A DNA stretch of 54,622 bases, the filler included, from Stramenopiles sp. TOSAG23-6 (lineage: Eukaryota): the NCBI GenBank assembly GCA_900128565.1. It is 3 parts of 3 records of this genome, joined end to end, with 100 filler letters (N's around TTAATTAATTAA, not from the genome) between each part and the next. Parts side by side here need not be neighbours in the genome. Positions count along the whole stretch, not along the records: positions 1 to 18,294 come from LT636066.1; positions 18,395 to 36,472 come from LT636067.1; 1 more part is not named here. The stretch is one strand, 5' to 3'. The notes under the pieces are model-generated. The model did no database searches, had not been told where the DNA came from, and saw nothing but the letters and a program-made list of their open reading frames with translations. The translations under genes and the position numbers were made by a program. Shown here piece by piece: positions 11,501 to 22,565 of the stretch. The stretch's first letter is position 1; the number at the start of each line of letters is the position of its first letter.

Positions 11501-14500
11501 CCATGATTTGACTAAATTGTGATTCAGTCCTAATAAAGTGGTAATAGAAGTATCAGATAAATGTATTGCACGCATATGCTTTCTCACTTTTTCTTTTGTG
11601 GTATTTGCTATAGAATTAATTAGACTAGATAACACAGATTGAACAGCAGTCTCTATCGTATTATTATTATTATATATGGTACTAAAGTTTTGTTTTGATT
11701 CACTAATTTCATCCCTCTGGTGTTGATTTCGTGATCGTGTTGGTCTTCTTAAACGTCGAGGAATCAATACAGGTACTACTTTAGAAATTATAGGTTCAAG
11801 AAAATGTGGTTTACTTTTGTTGCTTCTTTTGTATATAACATGATTTTTCTTATTTTCTTTTGACTTTTTCTTTTTTTGGATAACTTCCCCCTTTGATGAT
11901 TTCAATGGTTTTGGCGCTTTTGTTACACTGCTGCTTGTACCTTTCTTTCCTACCTTTTTAGGTCTTTGTCGTTTACGTGAGCAAGATGCACAAGGACACT
12001 GGTATGAGCATACTGGACATTGATTCCAAAGAGAAGAATCATTTATCACTTGTTCCATTGTAAAACCCCAAACTTTCTCCAAATGATTTTCACAAAATGA
12101 ATGAGAGATACAATCTTTCGAGCAACAGTTTACTACTTGAGCCTTTCGTAAATGACAAATATGACACCCACCATTCGGTATAATCTTTACTTTATCTACA
12201 GGATCTACAGCAAGTAAATTCATCGTATCTACAATTTTGCCATTTTCAAAAGCAGCGCTATTTCCATCATCTTTACCAACAAGTGATTGTCTTAATAGCT
12301 CTAAAGTTGAGAACTTTTTGCTAGGCTTTGTCGTGGTTCTAAATATTGTATTGTCCGTGAAACTTTCGAGTGAGGAATAATCCATACCAAATTGTGAAGA
12401 TACTACAAAAGTACTCAGAGCTTTTATGCCGCTCAGTTGACTTGTATTCCCGATTTGAAAGTTTTTTGTGAATTTTGAGAAAATATAATGTGGGTTAATA
12501 TTTGAGGGAAATGGGTTGTATTTCCATGCAACTGCTTCACAATGGCTAAGATATGTCTCACATATTTTGTGAACCGCGTAATCGATGTACTTTACTGCTT
12601 TACTCAACTGTTGACGTTGAATCCGATGTACAAAGAATGATTTTTTAATTTCTACGGGTTTTCTACATTTTGAAATTTTCGCCATTTTGCGCGATCTTTG
12701 TTTCAGTTTTTTCGCCAAAACACATTTTGGGCACCTCCATTTTTCATCTAATTCTGCACACTCTTTTTCTGTTAAGTTTATACATTTTGGATGATACCAT
12801 CCATCACACCCTTCGCATCCTACAAAAAAAACATTTTCCCAAATCGTTGTCTGACAGATGCAATACGTTTCTAAACCATTTTTGTCCAACGTTTTACTTT
12901 TGCAATAAGTTTCTAAACCATTTTTGTCCAACGTTTTACTTTTGAGTTTTCCAAGTTCTTTTTCATTTTCTAGGTCAATATCATTATCTATTTCCATAGC
13001 AGCCAATGGCATCTCATTTTTTTTCACTCGATTGGTACGACAAGTAATACCTAAGTCATTTCTGCTCAGTGTTTGATTTCGGAGATGATGTGTTTGGTTA
13101 TTTAAATTTTTAAAACCATCCAAAGTAAATCTTTGAAATGAAACTCCCATCTCAAAACCGGATTGATTTACAAACGCCTCAACAAAACTTTTGCCTTTTT
13201 CGAATAAAAGTTGTTTTGTAGAAAAGAAAGATTGACAGTTTTCAATCATTTCACTAATCTGCCAATCAATCATTAGCCAATGGATATCCATTCGCCGGAG
13301 GGCATCAACAAGAATAGCAAGTAACAATCGCCCAAATCCACGATGACGACTTTTAGGATGTATTGCCAACAATACAACTTTAGCAGTTTCAGTATTTCGA
13401 TTATTTTCCGTCTGTGATGAACCTCGAGATCTCGAGCTTAACTTGACATCAGTTGATGAACCTCTTGGTCTCGAACTTAAGTTCACATCATTGGTAATTA
13501 TTGGAAGTCTTATTGTTGCTGACCCAATAACTTGTCCATGTTGAAGTAATACCACTGTGCGATATCCATTTTCATTCGTATGGTGACATTCTTCCAGAGG
13601 AGTCTTTTCGAATCTATCTATACGGGCACGTTTTCTTTGCTTCGTAGGAGAATTTGGAGAAATTTCGCTTCTTTGTGCAGGCTTTCTATTTCGTTTACTA
13701 ACGCGCCTTGTCAGACTTACACCACTCGATGCATTCTTTAGGATTTTGTCTGGACTTTTACTGTCGCATATTACTATATCCGCCATAGTTGCAGATTCTA
13801 TCAAATGTTTGTTTTCTATTAAATTATTTGATTCGTTTGCAAGCTCGATATCCATAAGGTCTTCTATTTGTTTTGTACATGGTTTAATATCATCTGAAAT
13901 AATATCGTTTTGAACTGTAACGATAGTTGAAGGCTTCTCAATATTAGAGAAGTGACTATTACACTCAGGGACATCTTTATTGGGGGAAGGTTCATCTACT
14001 TTTAATATATTCTTTGCACGAAGTCGTTCATAATTATCTTTTTCACGACAACTATTTTCTACAATAACTTTCACATTTCCAGTAAACATTGATTCATATA
14101 AATCAATTACACTGTTGCGCAAAGCATTCTCATCAATACTATCTTTCGAAACAGGAGTTTCCAAATCACTCAAATTTGCCTTCTCAGGAAACTTTGTGAG
14201 CATTCGACAATGCAATCCTATTTTCGCAGCAGAAAATATTTCTGAAACAAGTTGAACAGGGCATTCCCCAGAATAAATCTCCTGAAAATATTCATTTGAC
14301 AATAATATTGAATTATAAAAAGAAGAAGTTTTCAATTTTCTGAGATTTTGTCTACGTAACGCCTTCTTAGGTAAAGCAGCTTTAGTATTTTTTTCGTTAG
14401 ATTTTGAGCTATTTGATTTAGATTTCTTCTTATCTCCTTTTTTATGCGAAGGCTTTAGACCATTTAATTTTTTTGAATTATGTTTCTTTGACTTGGGCAT

Positions 14501-15516
14501 TGAATTATCTGAATTCTGCTTTTTAGATTTTTGAAGTTTTGACTGTAAATGACCATGATATTCTCGAGGCCCTGCTCGCCAACAGATGCACCCAGACATA
14601 TTTGGTTTATCATAAAGACCAACTGCGAGACGTTTTGAAGGCCCAGCTGAGTTTCCCCTGTAGACATAACTACTTAAAGCTACACGAAGAGTTCCAATAG
14701 CTCGCGGACATGTATTTTCGAAAAATATTTCAAAAAAAAGCGTTAGGTACAAAATTTCGTACGAAAAATAAATTCGAATTTGAAAGAAAATTAAAACATA
14801 CATGCGTCTTCTTTAAGAGCTATTTCCAGAACTTTTCGTACGAGTTCTCTTATGGGTTTCCCACAATTTGTTGGCATACTTCTGACACGATTAAGCATAA
14901 CTAGCCATGTTGGTTTTGAATCTGGCCATTCTAGATTGTGACTTGCACAAAGTTCAGGAAGTTGAAACAAACCTGGACTTGTAAATATGTAACTTTTGTC
15001 TTGATTGTTTTGACTAATAGCAGACTCGTTTTTATCATCAAAAGTACTGCCATTTGATACTACATGCTTAATTTCACCAACATTCTTATTAGATACAATT
15101 TGATTACTTTCAATGCTAAGGCCTTCACACGTTGGAGATGGGTTTGGTAGGGCACTCGCTTCGGTTTTGACTAAACTATCTGGTTGTGAGTTGGACGATG
15201 TATTGACTAAATTATCCGGCATTGAGTTGGAAGATATATTGTTAATAATGTTTTGTTTTTCACCATCTAAACCAGTTGTTTTACTATGAGAATGAGCGTA
15301 AATCGTTTCACCTGTATGAATTGGTACGTCTCCGAAGACTATGTCTTTTCCTTTATGAGTAAATGTTAAATTTAAAGACTTATTTATTTTCAAGATTCGA
15401 CGGATATGAGATAGAATTATTTTGGCATCCAATCCAGGTATCCAAGCCACATTATAAGTACGTGATCGTTTCTCATCCACTAAAAAAATGCGCGTGCAGA
15501 AGTCATCATTTGTCAT
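5506..15516 (-). CDS. ~3271-aa chromatin regulator: GNAT-like acetyltransferase, PHD finger, Cys-rich zinc finger, extended PHD and class II-type histone deacetylase; exons 15516-14802, 14709-6184, 6080-5506
   Basis: GNAT motif A LAIHPKSRHRGFGRLL; PHD YCIC...VGCEGCDGWYHPKC...WRCPKC; ePHD WVHFEC...RCHYCGDLGATLPC...FHYACA; HDAC RPPGHHA, GFCLLNN, DIDVHFGNGT, SAGFDAH, LEGGY. Removing two repeat copies gives one 9816-nt frame. Confidence 0.85.
6081..6183 (-). mobile_element. Introner-family intron (103 nt, GT...AT, flanks AT/AT)
   Basis: Removal gives CCA T|CA TCA TTG and joins the two halves of the HDAC domain; the internal AG would frameshift (34 nt). Confidence 0.85.
12860..12943 (-). repeat. 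Near-perfect 42-bp tandem duplication encoding KSKTLDKNGLETYC twice
   Basis: Two consecutive copies, visible in DNA and protein, directly before the PHD finger. Confidence 0.9.
14710..14801 (-). mobile_element. Introner-family intron (92 nt, GT...AT, flanks AT/AT)
   Basis: Joins ORF 14791..15516 to ORF 6155..14803 as EDA|CPRAIG; no AG anywhere inside. Confidence 0.85.
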
Positions 15517-15829
15517 CTTAATTTACAATATACTTTCAATATATATATTGCTCTGGTAATCAGAATGCTCGAATGCAAAGTTACCGTTTGTGGGCAAGTA
15601 CTCCGAACGAATCTAATCTCATTCGCGATTTCTGTTGTAACAGAATAACGGCAGTCGAGTCCGAAGAAGGACAAAAAACAGGTTTGTCCAAACGATAAAC
15701 GGTTCAGCGAATTTGCTATTATGTAATCCTAATCTATTTAATATCGATACCATTGCGCAACAGTAATTTACAGTAGATTCGATACTGTGTAAAACTTTAG
15801 CTAACGATAAGTCTAAAGGCGTTCAAAAC

Positions 15830-17119
15830 ATGTATAATTTTCAAATGAGTACACGACTAGCTTTGCTCCTTGCTTTGGTCAACGTGTCATGTTTTATGTG
15901 CATGGAAGATGGTGAGGTTTTTGAATTATCTCCTGAGATTAAGGAGGAATGGTTTGAAGCTGCTCGATATGGAGAAGTTGAAGTAATGGATGCATTTTTA
16001 AAGTTAGGAATATCACCTGATATAATATCGTGGGATGATCAGACTGCAATACAGATTAGTGTATTGGAAGGCCATGTTGACGTCGTCGAACTGTTGTTAA
16101 AGAATAAAGCATCAACAGGTGCGCTATCTGAAAGTTCTAAATATTCTCTTTTACATGAAGCAGCCAAAAGGGGTTTCGTCAATATAGTAGAAATTTTATT
16201 ACAGTATGGAATGTCAGTTAATATGATGGCTGGCGACACACGTCAAATTGCGGCCTTCTCTTTTAAACGAGGGGGAGATTTAATCTATCGTAGGCCTGCG
16301 GGCGAAATATCGACGAAAACTTCAGTTCTTGGTGCTGCTATCATTCAAGGGGAAATAGATGTTGTCAAAACTTTATTAAACCATGGTGCGGATATAGAAC
16401 TAAAAGATTCACTCGAGACAGGCATAAACTGGACGCCTCTTGAAAGGGCACTAAGATGGGGCTATATAGATATTGCAGAATTGCTACTTTATAAGGGAGC
16501 TTCATTAGCATTTCTTCGGGAAAAGGATAAAAGGAAAATTATGCATGGATACTACATTTCCGCTAATTTTCGCGAACTAGTGGAAACATCAAGGTTAACA
16601 GTAACCCGTTTTCTACAAAGCGGCTTCAATGATTTATTTCTTCAATCTATTAACGAAGTGGAGTTACCAGTTATAGCAACAGAATTTTTACATGAGATGC
16701 ACGAAGACCTTATGCTAACGGGAGGATCTAGAATATCCAGTAGAGACGGTTTCAATTTGGTGAGAAGGATCAATCATGAAAGAAAACGAGCTGAGCTTGT
16801 TCAAAGTTATCAGCGATTAAATCTTGCGAAGGTTTTATATTGGGCTACCAGAAATGGAATGTCTACACGGCGTACTCCAGTACATTTTTTGAGTAATTCA
16901 AGAGTGGTGAATACTTTTGGAGGAGTAGATATAGAAGTATTGGAGAAATTGAAGAGTTTAGTTAATTTTGAGTTTTTTGCAAAGTCTCAAGATCCAGAGT
17001 TGTTTGAAAAGTTTAAGTATGTGAGGGAGGGTGGAGAGCCTCCATTTATGATAGCAAAGTCAAATAAATCAGATGAAGTAGAGGAGAGACCTAGCAAGAA
17101 GCAAAGAGTAAAATTATAG
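15830..17119 (+). CDS. Ankyrin-repeat protein
   Basis: Repeats TAIQISVLEGHVDVVELLL, LLHEAAKRGFVNIVEILL, TPLERALRWGYIDIAELLL; hydrophobic N-terminus; basic C-terminal PSKKQRV. Confidence 0.85.
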   Translation: MYNFQMSTRLALLLALVNVSCFMCMEDGEVFELSPEIKEEWFEAARYGEVEVMDAFLKLGISPDIISWDDQTAIQISVLEGHVDVVELLLKNKASTGALSESSKYSLLHEAAKRGFVNIVEILLQYGMSVNMMAGDTRQIAAFSFKRGGDLIYRRPAGEISTKTSVLGAAIIQGEIDVVKTLLNHGADIELKDSLETGINWTPLERALRWGYIDIAELLLYKGASLAFLREKDKRKIMHGYYISANFRELVETSRLTVTRFLQSGFNDLFLQSINEVELPVIATEFLHEMHEDLMLTGGSRISSRDGFNLVRRINHERKRAELVQSYQRLNLAKVLYWATRNGMSTRRTPVHFLSNSRVVNTFGGVDIEVLEKLKSLVNFEFFAKSQDPELFEKFKYVREGGEPPFMIAKSNKSDEVEERPSKKQRVKL

Positions 17120-17424
17120 TTGAAAACAATAAAACGGGTGGTTTTTTAATATCTATAAAATCTTAGTGAAAATTAATCGGAATAGGAAACGTGATTTTTT
17201 GTATTTTTGCTTAGGTACGGATTTTCGTACAAAACCAAAAGGGAGGAGAGGAATGAGAGGAGGACGAAAAGAAAACGAAAACGGATCTTTTGAAATATTG
17301 CAACGTTGCGATCATCTTCTTGGAAGTCTCTTCTTCTTTAAAAAAATAGAGTCCCATTAAATTTTTCATCTCTCTTGAAATTATTCACACAGCAAATACT
17401 GTGCACCCACACTCTTAACTAAAT

Positions 17425-18241
17425 ATGGTCATGTCTTTTGTAAATAGGTACTGGGCTTTAATTAGTGTAGTTGTTTGTATTGTGGCAGCAATACTTTCAA
17501 CTCATTCATTTTTTCACGTGNTGTCGAAGAGGGTCACCGAGGCTTATATTATACGTTGGGAGCGTTGAGTCCTTCGATTACAGAACCTGGATTACACTTA
17601 CGGTTACCACCTCCGATACAGCATGCTATCCAAGTACACGTTAGACCTGAGGTAGATACGGTGACGAAACTGCGGTGCACGGCAAAAGATGGGACTGAAA
17701 TATCTTTCCCTGCTATTGATGTTGGGAATTCTTTACCACCAAGCAAAGCACATCAAATCGTTAAGAAGTATGGAATTGATTATGATAAATTCCTCGTATA
17801 CGACCAGGTAAAAGCTCTGATTAACACAATTTGTGCCACATATACCAGTCATGAACTAAAAATTGAGCGATATTCTATAATTGACGATGACTTGAAAGAT
17901 GGGTTGGAGGAAATTCAAGAAAGATTAAAGACTGGTCTAATTATTGATTCTGTACGAATCAATGAAGTTGTTTTACCACGCGCACTTCAGCTGGCATATG
18001 AGCAACAGGCAACTAATAGAGCTGAAAAAAAAGCAGCTGAAGAGGCATTTAAAAGAATTGAGCAGGAAAATACGAATCACGCGTTGGAAGTTCGAGGACA
18101 AAATGAGTTACAACGGTTGAAGGCTGCCGAGGAAGACAAAATTCGTATCGCAACAGCGGAAGCAAAATTGGGGATTGAACAAAGAGAGGCCCAAATAAAA
18201 AACGAAATAAAACTTGCACAAGTCAAAAATGAGGCGGAAAT
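17425..18241 (+). CDS. SPFH/band-7 erlin-like protein, partial, with an apparent frameshift at ambiguous base 17521
   Basis: MVMSFVNRYWALISVVVCIVAAIL membrane anchor, then HV-VEEGHRGLYY...PGLHL...C-TAKDG...YGIDYDK as in erlins; ends at a repeat copy and a gap. Confidence 0.75.
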
Positions 18242-18294
18242 GTATGTTTTATTTTTTTTTCAAATTCGATTTTTTTTTCGTACGAAATTTTGTA
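18242..18294 (+). mobile_element. Introner-family copy, partial (runs into gap)
   Basis: GAA AT|GTATGTTTTATTTT...CGTACGAAATTTTGTA followed by Ns. Confidence 0.85.
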
Positions 18295-18394
18295 NNNNNN
18301 NNNNNNNNNNNNNNNNNNNNNNNNNNNNNNNNNNNNNNTTAATTAATTAANNNNNNNNNNNNNNNNNNNNNNNNNNNNNNNNNNNNNNNNNNNN
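18295..18394. other. Artificial contig-joining linker (Ns flanking TTAATTAATTAA)
   Basis: All-frame stop linker at 18339-18350 padded with Ns; genes on either side are unrelated and truncated. Confidence 0.9.
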
Positions 18395-18731
18395 GTACAA
18401 AATTTCGTACGAAAAAAAAATAAATTTGAAATTCATAATGAAAACGTACACCNNNNNNNNNNNNNNNNNNNNNNNNNNNNNNNNNNNNNNNNNNNNNNNN
18501 NNNNNNNNNNNNNNNNNNNNNNNNNNNNNNNNNNNNNNNNNNNNNNNNNNNNNNNNNNNNNNNNNNNNNNNNNNNNNNNNNNNNNNNNNNNNNNNNNNNN
18601 NNNNNNNNNNNNNNNNNNNNNNNNNNNNNNNNNNNNNNNNNNNNNNNNNNNNNNNNNNNNNNNNNNNNNNNNNNNNNNNCAAAATTTCGTACGAAAAAAA
18701 AATAAATTTGAAATTCATAATGAAAACGTAC
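18395..18731 (-). mobile_element. Introner-family copy, partial; seen twice across an N gap (18395-18449, 18680-18731), probably one locus
   Basis: GGT|GTACGTTTTCATTATGAATTTCAAATTTA...CGTACGAAATTTTG appears identically twice with the same flank. Confidence 0.75.
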
Positions 18732-19865
18732 ACCTGCAAGGGCAGTGATGAGAAGAACCGTCAGAACTATCACTCCCCAAACTCGCATGTCATTGACACG
18801 ATTTGTTGTAAACGAAAAATATTGGTGATCAGTTTCAACTCCTAAATCGTCCGTCAGTGTCTCAACAAATCCTAGAACGAATAAAGCAGTACCAAAACAA
18901 AGTCCTATAGCAAACAAGATACCAATCGACCCACCGATAGAAGGACCAACGCAGCGAGAAATAAGGTAATAAGGCCCACCACCTTTTACCTGTCCGTTTG
19001 TTGCTATAGCACTCATAGACAATGCGGTTATTAGTGTTATACTGGATGAAAGAAGTACAATGAGTGATGCTCCGATTATTCCAGCCTGGCCAACCATAAA
19101 TCCTGTACGAAGGAACATGTATTGTGAAAAAATATTTTTTGTTTTTTGTTTTTTGTTTTTTGTTAGGTACGAAATTTCGTACGAAAACAAATTAAATTCG
19201 AAATTGAAAAAAAATAAAACGTACATGATGACACCAAAGATACTTAACATGCAAGAAGTGAAAACACCGTCCCAAGTTCCAAATTTTTGACCCATTTTTT
19301 TTTCATTTTGATACTGATCAAGAATTTCAATTGAATCTTCGTCTTCATCTTCGTCCCCAGCATTTAAATTCCCCATTTGTCGACGAATTTTTTGTTTTTG
19401 ATAATGAGCCTCTGTATACTCTTGTTTTTTTGAAACTTCCTCAGCATGATACCCATTTGCATTTGCACTCTCTGTTATCAAAACATCTATATTTTCTTTC
19501 TTACCTGTGATACACGAACCTTCTGTAAAGTTTATGTTTAATATTGAACCATGTCGCATGCCACTGGACGTGTTTACTATAGATCGAAGCGCACAAGCAT
19601 CCTCAGGTTTTGTGGCGTCATAGTCACTCATTAACGGACTAATAGACACTGACGTTTGGGAAATCAAAGTCTGGTGCATTGGTGACTTGGGACGCCGTCT
19701 TTGTGCTTGTGCTTGCTCATTATTTGCGAGAACATTACGAAATTTTTCTTCCGCAACGCTCGAAGCTTCAAGCTCCGAGATAGTAGGCATTCTCATTGGT
19801 TTAGTACTACTACTTTTTCGGTCCTCAACATGAGTCGCAACTTCCGAAGCAACGGATACCTTCAT
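18732..19865 (-). CDS. SLC12 cation-chloride cotransporter (SLC12A8/9-like), N-terminal part; exons 19865-19225, 19116-18732
   Basis: KFGTWDGVFTSCMLSIFGVIM|FLRTGFMVGQAG, SMSAIATNGQVKGGGPYYLISR are SLC12 signatures. Confidence 0.9.
19117..19224 (-). mobile_element. Introner-family intron (108 nt, GT...AT, flanks AT/AT), in-frame and stop-free
   Basis: Removal restores IFGVIMFLR in TM1; contains the perfect palindrome GTACGAAATTTCGTAC at 19167-19182. Confidence 0.9.
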
Positions 19866-20313
19866 TGAAATATTATTTTTAAAGAAACAAACGACGGTCT
19901 ACTGTGCTTCGAATCAACAATAATTCTCATAAATTTTGGTGTTCCTTTTCTAATTGAAGATATAAAAAGGAGGAGGAACGCCTTTTTTCGAAAATGCCTT
20001 GGAAAAGGACGTAGAGAGGGAGAACTATAACGGACAAAATTGATATTTTGAGCCCACATCAAGCAAGATGAAAAAGCGATGAAAAATTTTTGAAAAAAAA
20101 AATTGAGAGAGTCACAGCGTCAGCAGCTTTGTTCCCCAAAAAAAAGTCAGTTTTTGACTCGAGAGGACTTGTCCACGATGTACGTAAATTCAACTTATTT
20201 ATTATTGTGTAGTAGCAACTAACCAGATAATCCCAATTTTCTTTCTCGAGAGAGGCATTTTCTTCTACACACATAATTTCTGTGAATATTTTGATCCTAC
20301 GTACTAGACAGAA

Positions 20314-21504
20314 ATGACATGGCAACCTAATGAGCAAATGGTTGGCCAAGTGCTGGCCATGCTGAACGAAAGTATTCGTGTGACTGCGACAAATGCGGAG
20401 CGTCTTACTATTCATCAAAGTATTCAAGAATACAAGAAGCAGCCCGAGTTCTTACGATACCTCGCATTTGTATTCGCACGTCTAAATCCTCCGCAAGTGA
20501 CACCACAAGTTCAGCAAGTAGCTGGCTTAGTTCTAAAGAACGGAATCAAAGAGCAGTTTTGTCATATTACTCCAGAAGTATTGGCGTCCATCAAAGCTGA
20601 AGTCTTACAGTGCGTTGCTGCTCCTAACCAGGCTGTACGCCGTACTGTTGGGACAATAATTACAACCATCGTTCAGTCTGGTAAGCTTAGCGCATGGCCT
20701 GAATTAATGCCGATTCTTGTGAGACATTTAGACAGTCCTGATGAAAATTGTTTAGATGGGACGTTTGACATTCTCGAAAAACTTTGTCAAGATTCACCAG
20801 AACAACTTGATAGTGATGATGTTGGACGACCATTGAACGTTCTAATACCAAAACTATTACAATATTTAAAACACCCCCATGATAAATTTCGTGAATATGC
20901 ATTGGAATGCATAAACAATTTGATTCTGGTAACTCCTCCTGCTTTAGACATTGTGTTACAGCAGCTCCTTCAATCACTCTCTACACTAACCGCTGATCCT
21001 TCTGCAAAAGTTCGAAGTAAAGTATGTGTAGCCATTTTGTCTCTGATGGAATTTCGTTTAGAATTCCTCATCCCGCATTTTGATAATCTCATAGTTTTTA
21101 TGCTTCAAACCACTCAAGATAAAGACGAACAAGTTGCTCTGGAAGCAACTGAGTTTTGGAGTTCTTGTTGTGATTCAGGTCCAATCGTTCACGAAAAGAT
21201 AAAAAATGTTTTACCTCAGTTGGTACCTCTTCTTTTGAAAAATATGGTATATTCTGAGTTTGACTCATTGCTCATTGAAGCTGAAGCAGATGATTCAACG
21301 AAGGATAAAATTTCGGATCTGAAACCTAAACATTATGGTCACTCCAAAACTTGTGGTGCGTGTGCTGCTGGACATAGTCATGGTCATAGTCATGGACATA
21401 GTCATGGACATGGACATGGTCATGGACATGGACATAGTCATGGACATGGACATAGTCATGGACATGGTCATGGACATAGTCATGAAGATGAAAATGATGC
21501 TTCA

Positions 21505-21543
<39 letters not shown>

Positions 21544-22518
21544 GGAGAAAATGAATGGAATTTACGTCAGGCAAGTGCTGCTGCGTTGGATTTCTTAGGC
21601 GAGTCATTTCATACGGATCTTTCAAGAATATTGCTTCCACTTCTTGAACCATTACTAACGAATTCCGATTGGAAAGTTCGTGAAAGCGCAATCCTTGCTC
21701 TTGGTGCTGTTGCAACGGGATGCTATGATGGTATATTGCCTCACCTACCTCAACTTTTCCCATTATTTTTAGGTCTTCTGAAGGATCATAAGCCACTCAT
21801 TCGGAGTATCGCGTGTTGGACTCTTTCTCGATTTGTAAATTGGGTCGTTGAAACATCTGAACAGTCGACGACGAATCATGCCGCTTATTTCCGTCCAATG
21901 GTGGAAGGTTTGATGATATGTGTCGTAGATTGTAATAAAAGAGTACAAGAAGCTGCATGCTCATGTATGTTTAATTTTTTTTTTCCGGTAAAAAAAAAAT
22001 CAAATTTATTTTTTTCAAAAAATATTGTACCTAACAAATTTTTTTAGATTTTTTTGAAATATTTTTCCAAAATACATCTATCGCTGAATTTGTCGAAGCT
22101 GCTTGTGAGGATATTTCTCCTTATATTCCCAGTTTGCTTGACTGCTTTACAGTCGCGTTCTCTCGGTATCAGTCAAAAAGTTTACTCATTTTATATGGAA
22201 CGATAACAGCCCTAATGGAAAGTGCCCCAGAAGCTGTTGTTTTACCTGAGAATGCGAGTAAATTACTTCCACCTTTAATTCAAAAATGGGGTGTAACTCA
22301 AGATATGTATGTTTTATTTTTTTTTTTTTTTTAAACGGAAAAAAAAAAAATTCCCAAAAAAAAATTAAAATTTAAAAAAAATTTTTTTTTCGGAGGAAAT
22401 TTTTTCCCTAATCTTTTTTTTTTTTTTTTTTTTTGAAATAAGCTCTTCAATATATTGTCTGCTCTTTTGATCTAATTTGTGGTATGTCAGATGGATTGAA
22501 ATCTGGAATTGAAAGCAT
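20314..22518 (+). CDS. TNPO1: Transportin-1 (karyopherin beta-2), partial; exons 20314-21964, 22078-22306 and a further exon at about 22441-22518
   Basis: MTWQPNE, AGLVLKN, VALEATEFW, acidic loop then WNLRQASAAALD, WKVRESAILALGAVA, KRVQEAACS|SIAEFVEAA, FSRYQSKSLLILY, IVCSFDLICGMSDGL. Confidence 0.92.
21370..21540 (+). repeat. Coding (His-Gly/His-Ser)n array followed by a (GAT)n poly-Asp tract
   Basis: CATGGA/CATAGT hexamers at 21370-21483, then GAT repeats to 21540. Confidence 0.95.
21965..22077 (+). mobile_element. Introner-family intron (113 nt, GT...AT, flanks AT/AT)
   Basis: Removal gives EAACS-SIAEFVEAA, colinear with transportin EAACSAFATLEEEA; the internal TTTTAG would add 10 non-homologous residues. 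Confidence 0.85.
22307..22440 (+). mobile_element. Introner-family copy, degraded or low-quality homopolymer sequence
   Basis: GAT AT|GTATGTTTTATTTT start, CCCTAATC branch-like motif, TTTGAAATA; transportin sequence appears to be missing across it. Confidence 0.6.
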
Positions 22519-22565
22519 GTATGTTTTATTTTTTTTCAAATTCGAATTTATTTTTTTTTTCGTAC
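22519..22565 (+). mobile_element. Introner-family copy, truncated at its CGTAC core
   Basis: AGC AT|GTATGTTTTATTTTTTTTCAAATTCGAATTTA...CGTAC, then an abrupt switch to minus-strand coding sequence. Confidence 0.8.

Noticed and set aside
14690-14801. Splicing to the next downstream exonic AG instead of a non-AG end
   Set aside because: It happens to be in frame here (9 nt), but the first AG frameshifts in GCN5 and SLC12 and deletes the conserved NW motif in the sugar porter, so it is not a general explanation.
17515-17525. Programmed frameshift or pseudogene in the erlin-like gene
   Set aside because: The shift coincides with an ambiguous N base, so a sequencing error is more likely.
18339-18350. 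TTAATTAATTAA as a biological motif (also at 36517-36528)
   Set aside because: It is an N-padded all-frame stop linker used to concatenate contigs.
21295-21796. Alternative-frame ORFs with poly-His, poly-Met or MSMT repeats
   Set aside because: They are shadows of the CATGGA and GAT repeats in transportin. Other short overlapping ORFs in the track were dismissed as shadows of the main genes.
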